Assembly (NCBI GenBank): GCA_913020725.1
Contig: CAJWCD010000077.1
Location: 1-17,650, forward strand
Source: an uncultured Pseudomonadota bacterium
Lineage (GTDB): Bacteria; SAR324; NAC60-12
Reading direction: 5' to 3'
Length of the DNA stretch: 17,650 nt
Shown: one piece after another, positions 6,921-16,273 of the stretch
How positions within the stretch are numbered: the first letter of the stretch is position 1
Layout of the letters: every line of letters starts with the position of its first letter
Made by a program: the position numbers and the translations under genes
The notes under the pieces: generated by a model
Seen by the model: only the letters and a program-made list of their open reading frames with translations
Database searches by the model: none
What the model was told of the DNA's origin: nothing

Positions 6921-8408
6921 ATGAAAATACTGATCGCCGGTTTTCAGCACGAGACCAATACCTTTGCCCCATCCAAGGCGGATTGGGGCTCCTTTGTTCA
7001 AGGCGGGGGCATGCCGGGCATGACGCACGGCAGCGACATTTTGGACTTCCGGGGCATCAACATTCCGGTGGGTGGATTTCTGGAAGCAATGCGCGGGGGG
7101 CCGCACCAGATCATGCCGGTGGTGTGGACAGCGGCATGTCCCTCAGCACAGGTCACGGAGGACGCCTTTGAGCGCATTACCGGAAAGATCGTCGAGGCTG
7201 CGTCCGAGCTGCGCCCGGATGCGGTGTATCTCGACATTCACGGGGCGATGGTCGCAGAACATGTTGACGATGGTGAGGGCGAATTGTTGCGGCGGGTTCG
7301 TCAGGTGGTGGGGCCCAAGGTTCCGGTGGTTGGCAGCTTGGACCTCCATGCGAATGTGACTGAACTGATGCTTCAGCAGGCCGATGCTCTGGTTGCCTAC
7401 CGCACCTATCCTCATGTGGACATGGCCGAAACCGGGGAGCGTGCTGCGTTTTTACTGAAACGCTTCATGGCGGGTGGCAATCGCCTCTGCTTGGCGTGGA
7501 GACGGATTCCCTTTCTGGTGCCGTTGCACGGGCAATGCACCGAGATGAACCCTGCCAAGGGAACGTATGAGCATTTGGAATCGCTGGAGCAAGGCGCGGT
7601 CACGAGCTTGTCGTTCACTCCGGGGTTTCCGGCAGCAGATTTCCCGGGATGCGGCGGGGTGGTTTGGGGGTATGGCAGCAAGCAAGCGGAGGTCGAGGGC
7701 GCCGTGGACTCGCTGACAAAGCACATCAACGAACGAGAAGCGGACTGGTGGATTGATCTCTACAAACCTGATCAGGCGGTGGAGGAAGCCATGCGCCAGT
7801 CGCAGGGAGCGAGTCGTCCGGTGGTGATTGCCGACACGCAGGACAATCCGGGAGCCGGAGGCAACTCGAACACCACCGGAATGCTGCGGGCCTTGGTGGC
7901 AAAGCAGGCGCAGGACGCAGCCCTTGGAGTGTTGTTTGACCCTGAAGCGGCGAAAGCAGCCCATAAAACCGGAATTGGAAAAACGATCACTCTTGGTCTG
8001 GGTGGAGAACCCGCGTTGGATGATCAGCCTTTTGAAGCTACGTTCACCATCGAACATCTCAGCGAAGGCAACTTGACGGTCAAGGGGCCGATGATGCGGG
8101 GAGCAAAGATCAGTCTCGGCCCCACCGCATGTCTGCGGATCGGTGGTGTCCAGGTGGTCGTTGGCTCCAGTAAGGTGCAAATGCTCGACCGCGAACTCTA
8201 TCGCGTCGCCGGAGTGGAACCCGAGCAGATGAAGATTCTGGTGAACAAAAGTTCCGTACACTTCCGAGCCGATTTCACCGCCATCGCCCACAGCATTCTT
8301 GTTGCCGAATCACCGGGACCAATGGTCGCTGATCCGATCAACCTACCTTGGAAGCGGCTGACTCCGGGGCTTCGCATACGGCCCAACGGCCCTGTTTTTG
8401 TGGGTTGA
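6921..8408 (+). CDS. M81 family metallopeptidase (MlrC-like)
   Basis: HETNTF, LDIHGAM, DGEGELL, LDLHAN, YRTYPHVD, DTQDNPGAG and KSSVHFRADF. Confidence 0.93.
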   Translation: MKILIAGFQHETNTFAPSKADWGSFVQGGGMPGMTHGSDILDFRGINIPVGGFLEAMRGGPHQIMPVVWTAACPSAQVTEDAFERITGKIVEAASELRPDAVYLDIHGAMVAEHVDDGEGELLRRVRQVVGPKVPVVGSLDLHANVTELMLQQADALVAYRTYPHVDMAETGERAAFLLKRFMAGGNRLCLAWRRIPFLVPLHGQCTEMNPAKGTYEHLESLEQGAVTSLSFTPGFPAADFPGCGGVVWGYGSKQAEVEGAVDSLTKHINEREADWWIDLYKPDQAVEEAMRQSQGASRPVVIADTQDNPGAGGNSNTTGMLRALVAKQAQDAALGVLFDPEAAKAAHKTGIGKTITLGLGGEPALDDQPFEATFTIEHLSEGNLTVKGPMMRGAKISLGPTACLRIGGVQVVVGSSKVQMLDRELYRVAGVEPEQMKILVNKSSVHFRADFTAIAHSILVAESPGPMVADPINLPWKRLTPGLRIRPNGPVFVG

Positions 8409-8552
8409 ACTTTTCAGTCTTCACTAGGCAAGTCGTCGTAGGTTTGTTGATGGAGAATATTATGTAATTTTATTTAATCAAACTTATAGCCTGCTCTTCA
8501 TTTCATTACGATTCTTTGCAAAACCAAAACTTGCCACCCACCGCATTTCCTG

Positions 8553-9011
8553 ATGAACCAAACCATTCTGCTGCTGAACGGCCCGAACCTCAACCTGCTG
8601 GGCACCCGTGAACCCGGAATCTATGGTGCAGACACGCTGGAGTCCATTGAGGAGCGCGTCCGGAACCTCGTTGAACCCGAGGGCTTTGCGGTGCGGTGCT
8701 TTCAGTCCAACACGGAAGGAGCACTGCTTGACTGGATTCACGCCAACCGTGATGCGGGATTCCTGCTCATCAATCCGGCAGCATTCACGCACACGAGCGT
8801 TGCCCTCCGGGACGCGATCAAGGGCGTCGCTTTGCCTTTTCTGGAGATTCATCTGACCAATGTCCACCAACGCGAACCCTTCCGGCATCATTCGTATTTT
8901 TCAGATGTGGCGGTGGGTTGTCTGGTGGGTTTGGGCGTGCGAGGCTATGAGTTGGGCGCACGTTTCGCGATGGATTATCTCCGGGAGCATGACGATGCAC
9001 CAACCCGCTGA
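8553..9011 (+). CDS. aroQ: Type II 3-dehydroquinate dehydratase
   Basis: LNGPNLNLLGTREPGIYG, QSNTEG, INPAAFTHTSVALRDA and EIHLTNVHQREPFRHHS. Confidence 0.97.
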   Translation: MNQTILLLNGPNLNLLGTREPGIYGADTLESIEERVRNLVEPEGFAVRCFQSNTEGALLDWIHANRDAGFLLINPAAFTHTSVALRDAIKGVALPFLEIHLTNVHQREPFRHHSYFSDVAVGCLVGLGVRGYELGARFAMDYLREHDDAPTR

Positions 9012-9032
9012 TTTTTTTCAGCAAACCCTCCG

Positions 9033-10076
9033 ATGAAACTTTCTGCCGGGTTAGGGTTTTCTCTGACCAACCTCTCCTTGGGGGTGCTGGTTTCGTACAA
9101 TATCGGGATGGTTGGTAGCCAGCGTATTCAGCAAGCGGTCTTAGACCTTCCACTTCCGCCGCAAGTTCAGCAATCCCGGCCCACCGCAGTGGTCCCGCAG
9201 GACCAGCAACGTCCTTACGGTGAGTTCACCACAACTCTGGATTCCAACGTCTTTCACGCCCAGAAAAAGGAACCACCCAAACCGCCCCCCCAACCTGCTC
9301 CGGCGCAGCCCGAACAAGCAACAGAGGACACTCAGCCGATCGTGGAAGCGGCACCACCCACGCAGTTGGACTTGGCGGTGTCCGGCACCATGATCTACGG
9401 TCCGAACAACTCGTTTGCCTTCATCAGCCGCAAGGGTAAGTTGGAGCAGTATGCGGTGTATCAAGTGGGAGAGTGCATTGATCCCGAAAACTACCGACCG
9501 GACGAGGATTGCAAGACGGGCCGCATTCGAGTCGTCAAAATTCAGGATCGTGAGGTGTTGATCGAACACCAAGGTCGCAAGGAACGTGTGCTGATGGAGA
9601 ATGACCCAACGTATGCGGCGATTGCAGAGAAAATCTCATCTGGACCCAAGCAAAAGGCACTGATTCAAACGGCAGGATCATCCAAATCACAAACCGCTTC
9701 AGCAGGTAAAAGCACCAAACAGCAGAGGGCGGTCACGGAACCTGCCTTGCCCCAAAGTGGGCAGACGACCTTCAACTACACCCGTGCCTGGGTGGATGAG
9801 CAGTTGGGGAGTTTCGACAAAATCCTGATGGACGCACGGGTGGTGGCCACCGAGTCGAAACCTCCGCGCTTCAAGTTCAAGTTCATCAAACGCGGCAGTC
9901 TCTATGAAAAGCTGGGCTTGCAGAAAGACGACATCATTCTGGAGGTCAACGGCTTTGTGATTGACTCCATCACCAAAGCGCTCAAGCTCATGGAAACCCT
10001 GCAATCGGAGCGCGAAATTGTCCTCAAGGTGGAGCGGCAGCAACAGCCCGTGACCTTCCGCTACTTCATTGATTGA
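9033..10076 (+). CDS. gspC: Type II secretion system protein C-like (TM, Pro-rich linker, HR domain, C-terminal PDZ)
   Basis: N-terminal hydrophobic segment, LAVSGTM..SFAFI..YQVGE..VVKIQDREVLIEHQG HR domain, and PDZ motif GSLYEKLGLQKDDIILEVNG. Confidence 0.75.
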   Translation: MKLSAGLGFSLTNLSLGVLVSYNIGMVGSQRIQQAVLDLPLPPQVQQSRPTAVVPQDQQRPYGEFTTTLDSNVFHAQKKEPPKPPPQPAPAQPEQATEDTQPIVEAAPPTQLDLAVSGTMIYGPNNSFAFISRKGKLEQYAVYQVGECIDPENYRPDEDCKTGRIRVVKIQDREVLIEHQGRKERVLMENDPTYAAIAEKISSGPKQKALIQTAGSSKSQTASAGKSTKQQRAVTEPALPQSGQTTFNYTRAWVDEQLGSFDKILMDARVVATESKPPRFKFKFIKRGSLYEKLGLQKDDIILEVNGFVIDSITKALKLMETLQSEREIVLKVERQQQPVTFRYFID

Positions 10077-10138
10077 GCGCTGCGTTCACAAGATCACCAG
10101 CATCCGATAGTTCCCAGTTTTCCAAAAAAAAACTTAAA

Positions 10139-10398
10139 TCAGCGCACATCATGCCCGGCTTGCTGCTGGATGGGGCCAAGGGTTGATTGCCTAGAAAAGG
10201 CACCATAGTGGTCCCGCACCACAATGGAAGGATCGCCGTTCCGGAGACCTTTGGCGAACTCACCAATGTCCAAGCCGCTCACAGCGGGGGCGATGGAGTC
10301 CTTGAGCCGGGTGATGGGATTGCCGGTGGGATCGGCGTGTCCTCGACGATGAGGCTGCGAATGCCCTCCAGCCAGTCTTGAATGGGCAGGTCAGTCAT
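10139..10398 (-). pseudogene. Frameshifted remnant of a SelA-like/DgaE-type PLP enzyme C-terminus
   Basis: MTDLPIQDWLEGIRSLIVE, then a frameshift near 10340 into HADPTGNPITRLK...SGLDIGEFAKGLRNGDPSIVVRDH, recalled as the C-terminal motif of SelA-like proteins. Confidence 0.6.
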
Positions 10399-10400
10399 CG

Positions 10401-10646
10401 TTAAACCTGATGCTTTTCCTTCCATTCGGCATAGCTCATGCCGTACACGCGCTCGCGGGCGCTTTCGTAATCCACGGAGTCCCCGCGTTCTTCCGCTGCT
10501 GCCGAATACCACTTGGCGAGGCAGTTGCGGCAAAAACCTGCGAGGTTCATGAGGTCCAGGTTCTGGACATCCTTGCGCGAGTCGAGATGCTCCAAAAGCC
10601 TCCGGAAGGCGGCGGCTTCCACTTCAGTTTGGGTTGCTGGGTTCAT
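10401..10646 (-). CDS. DUF1244 family protein
   Basis: EAAAFRRLLEHL..RKDVQNLDLMNLAGFCRNCLAKWY...ARERVYGMSYAEWK. Confidence 0.92.
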   Translation of the reverse strand: MNPATQTEVEAAAFRRLLEHLDSRKDVQNLDLMNLAGFCRNCLAKWYSAAAEERGDSVDYESARERVYGMSYAEWKEKHQV

Positions 10647-10970
10647 GGGGTTCCTTTGTTCTGTGAACTCTGGTGGTGAGGGACTGCCCCCAAAGCATTG
10701 TCCACTACCGACCTAAGTCTTCAAGCTCAGATTCGTTGAGGGTAAGGTTGACTCCCGGATGGAGCGGGGTACAGTGGCTCGCAACCCGGAAGCCCATCCT
10801 GCCGGATTCGTACTTGGGCGTCGAACAAGTCCAGCACCTGTGAAAACGACAAGGAGAATTGACGATCCTCTACCCCCCTCACATTCAGGCAGTTGCGTCT
10901 TAACTCAAGGGAGGCAATGTGGTAGGGTATCAACAAGGACACCACGAAACCATCCTTTGCAGGAAGAACC

Positions 10971-11954
10971 ATGTTCAGGAAATTCGTCTCGGCATTGGCT
11001 TCCACAGTGGTCGGCCTGGCAACGCTCAGCAGCGTCGTGCAGGCGCGTGACTCCATCCGGATTGTTGGCTCCTCGACGGTCTTTCCGTTTGCCACGGTTG
11101 TCGCCGAGAAACTCGGCAGTCGGGGCAAGTACAAAACCCCTGTGGTGGAAAGCACGGGCACAGGCGGGGGCATGAAACTCTTCTGCGCTGGAGTGGGAGT
11201 GGGTCATCCGGATTTCACCAACGCCTCGCGGGCGATCAAGAAATCCGAGCTCAAGCTCTGCCAGCAAAATGGCGTCTCCGGAATTATTGAGATCATCATT
11301 GGCAACGATGGTATTGCCTTTGCGAACAGTGTGAAATCTGGGCAAGCGAACTTCACGCTCGCCCAACTTTGGATGGCGATGGCAGAGTATGGTCCGAAGC
11401 CCAGTCGCTGGAATGAAATTGATGCGTCTTTTCCAGACGTTGCAATCAAAATTCTTGCGCCGCCGCCAACCTCCGGAACCCGCGATGCTTGGAATGATCT
11501 GGTCATGAAAGGGGGGTGCAAGGTGGCCGGAGAATACGAGACTCTCCGCAAGAAGTGTGCGATCTTCCGGGAAGATGGAGCCGTCGAGGAAGCCGGGGAG
11601 AACGACACTCTGATCGTCAGGCGACTTTCCGCTGATCCAGCAGCGTTCGGCATCTTCGGCTTCAGCTTCCTCGACATGAACGGCGACAGGATTCAGGGTT
11701 CCACCATCGAGGGTGTGGCGATTGCTCTTGACACCATCCAGACCCACGAATACCCAGTCTCCCGACCCCTCTTCTTCTATGCGAAGAAGGCGCATATCGG
11801 GGCGATTCCCGGAATGCAGGACTACCTCAACGAGTTTGTCAGCGAGTCTGCGGTTTGGGAGTATGGCTACTTGAGCGACATTGGTCTGGTGCCGCTGGAA
11901 CCGAAGCAGCTTGCGGAAATCCGCAAGCGGATAAAGAATCTCACCACCCTGTGA
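10971..11954 (+). CDS. pstS: Phosphate ABC transporter substrate-binding protein
   Basis: Signal peptide, IRIVGSSTVFPF, ESTGTGGG, PPTSGTRD and YPVSRPLFFY; first gene of the pst operon. Confidence 0.95.
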   Translation: MFRKFVSALASTVVGLATLSSVVQARDSIRIVGSSTVFPFATVVAEKLGSRGKYKTPVVESTGTGGGMKLFCAGVGVGHPDFTNASRAIKKSELKLCQQNGVSGIIEIIIGNDGIAFANSVKSGQANFTLAQLWMAMAEYGPKPSRWNEIDASFPDVAIKILAPPPTSGTRDAWNDLVMKGGCKVAGEYETLRKKCAIFREDGAVEEAGENDTLIVRRLSADPAAFGIFGFSFLDMNGDRIQGSTIEGVAIALDTIQTHEYPVSRPLFFYAKKAHIGAIPGMQDYLNEFVSESAVWEYGYLSDIGLVPLEPKQLAEIRKRIKNLTTL

Positions 11955-11984
11955 GTGAATTTCGAGTTTCGGATTGATGTCGCA

Positions 11985-13361
11985 ATGACCATTTTCCTGC
12001 TGACCGCCCTGCTGTTGACATTGTTCTCAGCGTACAGCCTTGGGCAGAGCAAAGCCCGCAGCATTGCCCTGACGCAGGGACGCTTGCACTCACTGCCGAG
12101 CCACTATGGGGGTTATGTCGCAATTTGGTGCGGTGTGCCGCTTGTGTTGCTACTGCTGCTTTGGTGGCTGGGCGAACCTTTGGTGCTGAAAGCTTTGGTG
12201 CTGGACTCCTTTGGTGAGCGTATTCAGGAAATGTCTCCGGGTCGCCTCGGAATGCTCTACGCCGAGGTGCGCAACACCGCGAGCGGGATTTCTGGATTTC
12301 AGTCGAGCGATCCCGAAGTTTTGGCAGCAGCCAAAGCATACCAGCACTATGCGCAGCGTAGCCAGTGGATTCAGGTGGCGGTGTTCGTGTTGGTTGCGCT
12401 TGGGGGGCTTGCCTTTGGTTGGCAACGGATTCGCCGCGAGTTCCGGGCACGGCAGTCGGTGGAACGGGCCTTCAATGTCTTCCTCATCCTCAGTTCCCTG
12501 ATTGCAGTCCTCACGACGGTGGGAATCGTCGTCTCGCTCGTTTTTGAGAGTCTGCGCTTCTTCGAGCTGGTTCCGCTCCAAGATTTCATCTTCGGACTCA
12601 AATGGTATCCGCAAATCGCCATCCGGGAGGATCAGGCTGCCAGTGCTGGGGCGTTTGGTGCGCTTCCTGTGTTTGGGGGGACACTATTGATTTCCTTTGT
12701 CGCCCTCTGTGTGGCGGGGCCGATTGGACTATTTTCGGCGATCTACTTTGCAGAATATGCAGATCGTCGAGTGCGGACGGTGGTCAAGCCTGCACTTGAA
12801 ATTCTGGCGGGCATCCCCACGGTCGTTTACGGATTTTTCGCTGCCTTGACCGTGGCACCGTGGGTACGGGAGTTTGGGATCAAGCTAGGATTTGAGACTT
12901 CCGCACAAAGTGCGCTTGCAGCGGGATTGGTGATGGGCGTGATGATCATTCCCTTTGTCTCCTCGCTTTCCGATGATGTGATCAACGCGGTCCCGCAGAC
13001 CCTCCGGGATGGTTCATTGGCGCTGGGGGCGACACAATCCGAGACCATCAAACAGGTGGTGCTTCCCGCTGCATTACCAGGAATCGTCGGGGCGTTTCTG
13101 CTGGCAATCTCCCGTGCGATTGGGGAGACCATGATCGTGGTGATGGCGGCAGGACTCAACGCCAAGCTCACGCTCAACCCGCTGGAGAACGTCACCACGG
13201 TGACGGTGCAGATGGTGGTCAGCCTGATTGGCGATCAGGAATTCGATGACCCCAAAACACTTTCGGCCTTTGCGCTGGGCCTGATGCTCTTTTGCGTGAC
13301 TTTGATGCTGAATGTCATCGCCGTGCAGGTTGTCAAACGCTACCGGGAGAAGTATGACTGA
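11985..13361 (+). CDS. pstC: Phosphate ABC transporter permease PstC (long N-terminal extension)
   Basis: LHSLPSHYG, KPALEILAGIPTVVYG and SRAIGETMIV. Start is ATG 11985 or GTG 11955. Confidence 0.95.
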   Translation: MTIFLLTALLLTLFSAYSLGQSKARSIALTQGRLHSLPSHYGGYVAIWCGVPLVLLLLLWWLGEPLVLKALVLDSFGERIQEMSPGRLGMLYAEVRNTASGISGFQSSDPEVLAAAKAYQHYAQRSQWIQVAVFVLVALGGLAFGWQRIRREFRARQSVERAFNVFLILSSLIAVLTTVGIVVSLVFESLRFFELVPLQDFIFGLKWYPQIAIREDQAASAGAFGALPVFGGTLLISFVALCVAGPIGLFSAIYFAEYADRRVRTVVKPALEILAGIPTVVYGFFAALTVAPWVREFGIKLGFETSAQSALAAGLVMGVMIIPFVSSLSDDVINAVPQTLRDGSLALGATQSETIKQVVLPAALPGIVGAFLLAISRAIGETMIVVMAAGLNAKLTLNPLENVTTVTVQMVVSLIGDQEFDDPKTLSAFALGLMLFCVTLMLNVIAVQVVKRYREKYD

Positions 13362-14685
13362 CTCCGGCAGAAGAGACAAAGTTCCAGGGTTCCAGAGGAG
13401 CAAAGCGCAGAGAAGCCAACAGCCAGTTGCTAACCGCCGCTTGCGCCGTCGCTATGCCGCCGAGCGTCGCTTCCAGTGGTACGGGCGCTTGGCGATGCTG
13501 CTGGGAGTGGCCGTGCTGGCTTTTCTGGTCCTCACGGTGTTCTCGTCCGGACACTCCGCCTTTGTGCGCCATCAAATCGGCGTGGTGGTGTTTTTCGACA
13601 CGGATGCGCTGGGCATCACAGCACAGAGTCCGAGCGAAGCGTTGGAGCAGGCCGAATACTTGGTGCTGCTGCGCAAAAATTTCTTCAAGATGTTTCCTCA
13701 GGTCCGCAAGCGCCGCGACCGCAAGCATCTGCTGGCTCTGATCAGCTCGAATTCTGGAGGCGAGTTGCGAGACTTGGTGGTGTCGAATCCGGCGGTGCTG
13801 GGCATGAAGCAGCAGGTTTGGGTGACGGCTTCGTCCAACGTGGATCAGATCCTCAAAGGCAATGCGCCACGGGAGATTGCGGAGCAGCACCGACTGCTGA
13901 ACGACAAGCAACTGAAGTGGCTGGACCGCCTTGCGGGTGAAGGGCGTGTCCGGACGAGATTCAACCCGTATTTTTTCACACGTGGCGATTCTCGCGCTCC
14001 GGAAATGGCAGGCATCTGGGGAGCAATGCTCGGTTCGTTCTGGGCGTTACTGGTTTGTTTGCTGCTGAGTTTTCCGTTGGGGGTGGCTGCTGCGGTTTAC
14101 TTGGAGGAATTCGCGCCTAAGAACGGCTGGTCGGAATTGATCGAGGTCAACATCAACAACCTTGCGGCTGTGCCCTCGATCATCTTTGGCTTGCTAGGGT
14201 TGGCGGTGTTTCTCAATTTCTTTGGGGTGCCACGAGGAACCCCGTTGGTTGGCGGGATGGTGCTGTCGCTGATGACACTGCCGACGATCATCATCACCTG
14301 CCGCTCGGCGCTGAAGGCGGTGCCGCCAAGCATTCGAGAAGCCGCGATGGGCATGGGCGCCTCGCCGATGCAGGTGGTGCTGCACCACGTTTTGCCGCTG
14401 GCCTTGCCCGGAACGCTCACCGGCGTGATCATCGGACTCGCCCGCGCTTTGGGGGAAACCGCGCCCTTGCTGATGATCGGCATGTTCGCCTTTGTCGTGG
14501 ATCTTCCCGAAGGACTGCTAGACTCCGCCACCGCGCTGCCCGTGCAGATTTACCTATGGGCCGAAAGCTCCGAACGAGGTTATGTGGAATTGACTGCTGC
14601 CGGGATCATGGTCATCCTAGGTTTCATGATTGTGATGAACTCGGTTGCCATGTATTTCCGGAAACGTTTCGAGCGGCGCTGGTGA
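13354..14685 (+). CDS. pstA: Phosphate ABC transporter permease PstA
   Basis: [25 protein letters not shown] and [13 protein letters not shown] 13354 overlaps the end of pstC. Confidence 0.95.
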   Translation: MTDSGRRDKVPGFQRSKAQRSQQPVANRRLRRRYAAERRFQWYGRLAMLLGVAVLAFLVLTVFSSGHSAFVRHQIGVVVFFDTDALGITAQSPSEALEQAEYLVLLRKNFFKMFPQVRKRRDRKHLLALISSNSGGELRDLVVSNPAVLGMKQQVWVTASSNVDQILKGNAPREIAEQHRLLNDKQLKWLDRLAGEGRVRTRFNPYFFTRGDSRAPEMAGIWGAMLGSFWALLVCLLLSFPLGVAAAVYLEEFAPKNGWSELIEVNINNLAAVPSIIFGLLGLAVFLNFFGVPRGTPLVGGMVLSLMTLPTIIITCRSALKAVPPSIREAAMGMGASPMQVVLHHVLPLALPGTLTGVIIGLARALGETAPLLMIGMFAFVVDLPEGLLDSATALPVQIYLWAESSERGYVELTAAGIMVILGFMIVMNSVAMYFRKRFERRW

Positions 14686-14740
14686 CAGCCCAGTTATCAG
14701 TTACCAGCGAACCGACCACCGACCACCAGTTCTCATTTCA

Positions 14741-15547
14741 ATGGATTCTCAAACTGCGGACCCACTTCCAACAGCAGTCGGATTGGAAGCGATCGTTAAG
14801 ATCGCGGCCAAGCAGGTTTCCGTCTATTATGGGGACACAGCCGCACTCCGGAACGTCAGCATTGACATCTACCAGCATCAGGTCACGGCCTTGATCGGAC
14901 CTTCTGGATGCGGAAAATCGACCTTTCTGCGTTGCATCAATCGCATGAACGATGTGATTGACGGTTGCCGCATGGAGGGAGAGATCACGCTGGATGGCGA
15001 GGATATTTACAATCCCAATCTCGACGTGGTGCAACTCCGGGAGCGCGTGGGCATGGTCTTTCAAAAGCCCAACCCTTTTCCAAAATCCATTTATGACAAC
15101 GTGGCTTACGGACCCCGCATTCACGGGATGGCCAATTCTCGGCAGGAACTGGACGAGATTGTGGAGCAGAGCCTGCGCAAGGCAGGGTTGTTTGGCGAGG
15201 TGAAGGACCGCCTCAGCGATCCGGGCACGGGATTGTCCGGAGGCCAGCAGCAGCGGCTCTGCATCGCCCGTGCGATTTCCGTGAATCCAGAAGTCATCTT
15301 GATGGACGAACCCTGCTCGGCGCTGGACCCCATTGCCACCGCCCGCATCGAGGGCTTGATTGAGGAACTGCGACAGAACTACTCGATTGTGATCGTCACG
15401 CACTCGATGCAGCAGGCCGCCCGCGTTTCACAGCGGACCGGATTCTTTCACCTCGGCGATCTGGTCGAGGTCGGGTTGACGGACGACATCTTCGTCAAGC
15501 CTGTGAACAAGCGCACACAGGACTACATCACCGGACGTTTTGGATAG
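14741..15547 (+). CDS. pstB: Phosphate ABC transporter ATP-binding protein
   Basis: [45 protein letters not shown] and YITGRFG. Confidence 0.97.
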   Translation: MDSQTADPLPTAVGLEAIVKIAAKQVSVYYGDTAALRNVSIDIYQHQVTALIGPSGCGKSTFLRCINRMNDVIDGCRMEGEITLDGEDIYNPNLDVVQLRERVGMVFQKPNPFPKSIYDNVAYGPRIHGMANSRQELDEIVEQSLRKAGLFGEVKDRLSDPGTGLSGGQQQRLCIARAISVNPEVILMDEPCSALDPIATARIEGLIEELRQNYSIVIVTHSMQQAARVSQRTGFFHLGDLVEVGLTDDIFVKPVNKRTQDYITGRFG

Positions 15548-15556
15548 CGAGGAACC

Positions 15557-16231
15557 ATGCCCAGCCACTTGGAACGACAGATTGAACGACTGAAGAGCGA
15601 GGTCATGCGGCTTGGCACACTGGCTGAGGAAAGTGTGCAGAAATCTCTGCGGGCGATGGAAAATCGAGACACCGCCTTGGCGGAGCAGGTCATTGCCGAA
15701 GATCGCTGGATCGATGAATTGGAGATGGATTTGGAGGAAGAATGTCTCAAGTTGCTCGCACTTTACCAACCTATGGCGACTGATTTGAGATATATTGTTT
15801 CAATTCTAAAAATCAACTCGGATTTGGAGAACATCGGGGATCAGGCGAAAAAGATCGGGCGGCGGGTGCTGTCCCTCTGTAGCCAACCCGCACACGGGCT
15901 GGTGTTTGAGCGGAGCAAGTTGATCGAGCGGACAAGCTGGTCTGTCAAGCACTGCCTTGACGCCATGCTCAACCTTGATGCCGAACTCGCCCGCAAGGTG
16001 ATTGACGTGGAAGCGCAGGTGGACGAGTTGTCTGAAGCATTGGCGGCGCAGGTTCAGAACGCGATGGGCAAGGAGCCCAAACACATCGGTAGCCTGCTGG
16101 ATGAGTTGAGCATCTGCTCGCATTTGGAGCAGATTGGCGATTACACCAAGAAAATCGCCGAGGATGTGGTGTACATGTCCGAGGCGAAAATCATCCGCCA
16201 CGGCGGTATTCATGTTCCCAAGCATCATTAG
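15557..16231 (+). CDS. phoU: Phosphate signalling complex protein PhoU
   Basis: LALYQPMATDLR, two LE.IGD repeats and IAEDVVY; follows pstB with SD GAGGA. Confidence 0.93.
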   Translation: MPSHLERQIERLKSEVMRLGTLAEESVQKSLRAMENRDTALAEQVIAEDRWIDELEMDLEEECLKLLALYQPMATDLRYIVSILKINSDLENIGDQAKKIGRRVLSLCSQPAHGLVFERSKLIERTSWSVKHCLDAMLNLDAELARKVIDVEAQVDELSEALAAQVQNAMGKEPKHIGSLLDELSICSHLEQIGDYTKKIAEDVVYMSEAKIIRHGGIHVPKHH

Positions 16232-16273
16232 CGGTCAGCAAAAAAACGGTAAGGTTATAACGCAAGACGCACT

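Noticed and set aside
6921..8408. Microcystin degradation pathway
   Set aside because: M81 peptidases are widespread, and mlrA, mlrB and mlrD are absent here.
10851..10903. Leader peptide MTILYPPHIQAVAS upstream of pstS
   Set aside because: AAGGAGA sits only about 1 nt from the TTG start, too close to act as an SD; no other support.
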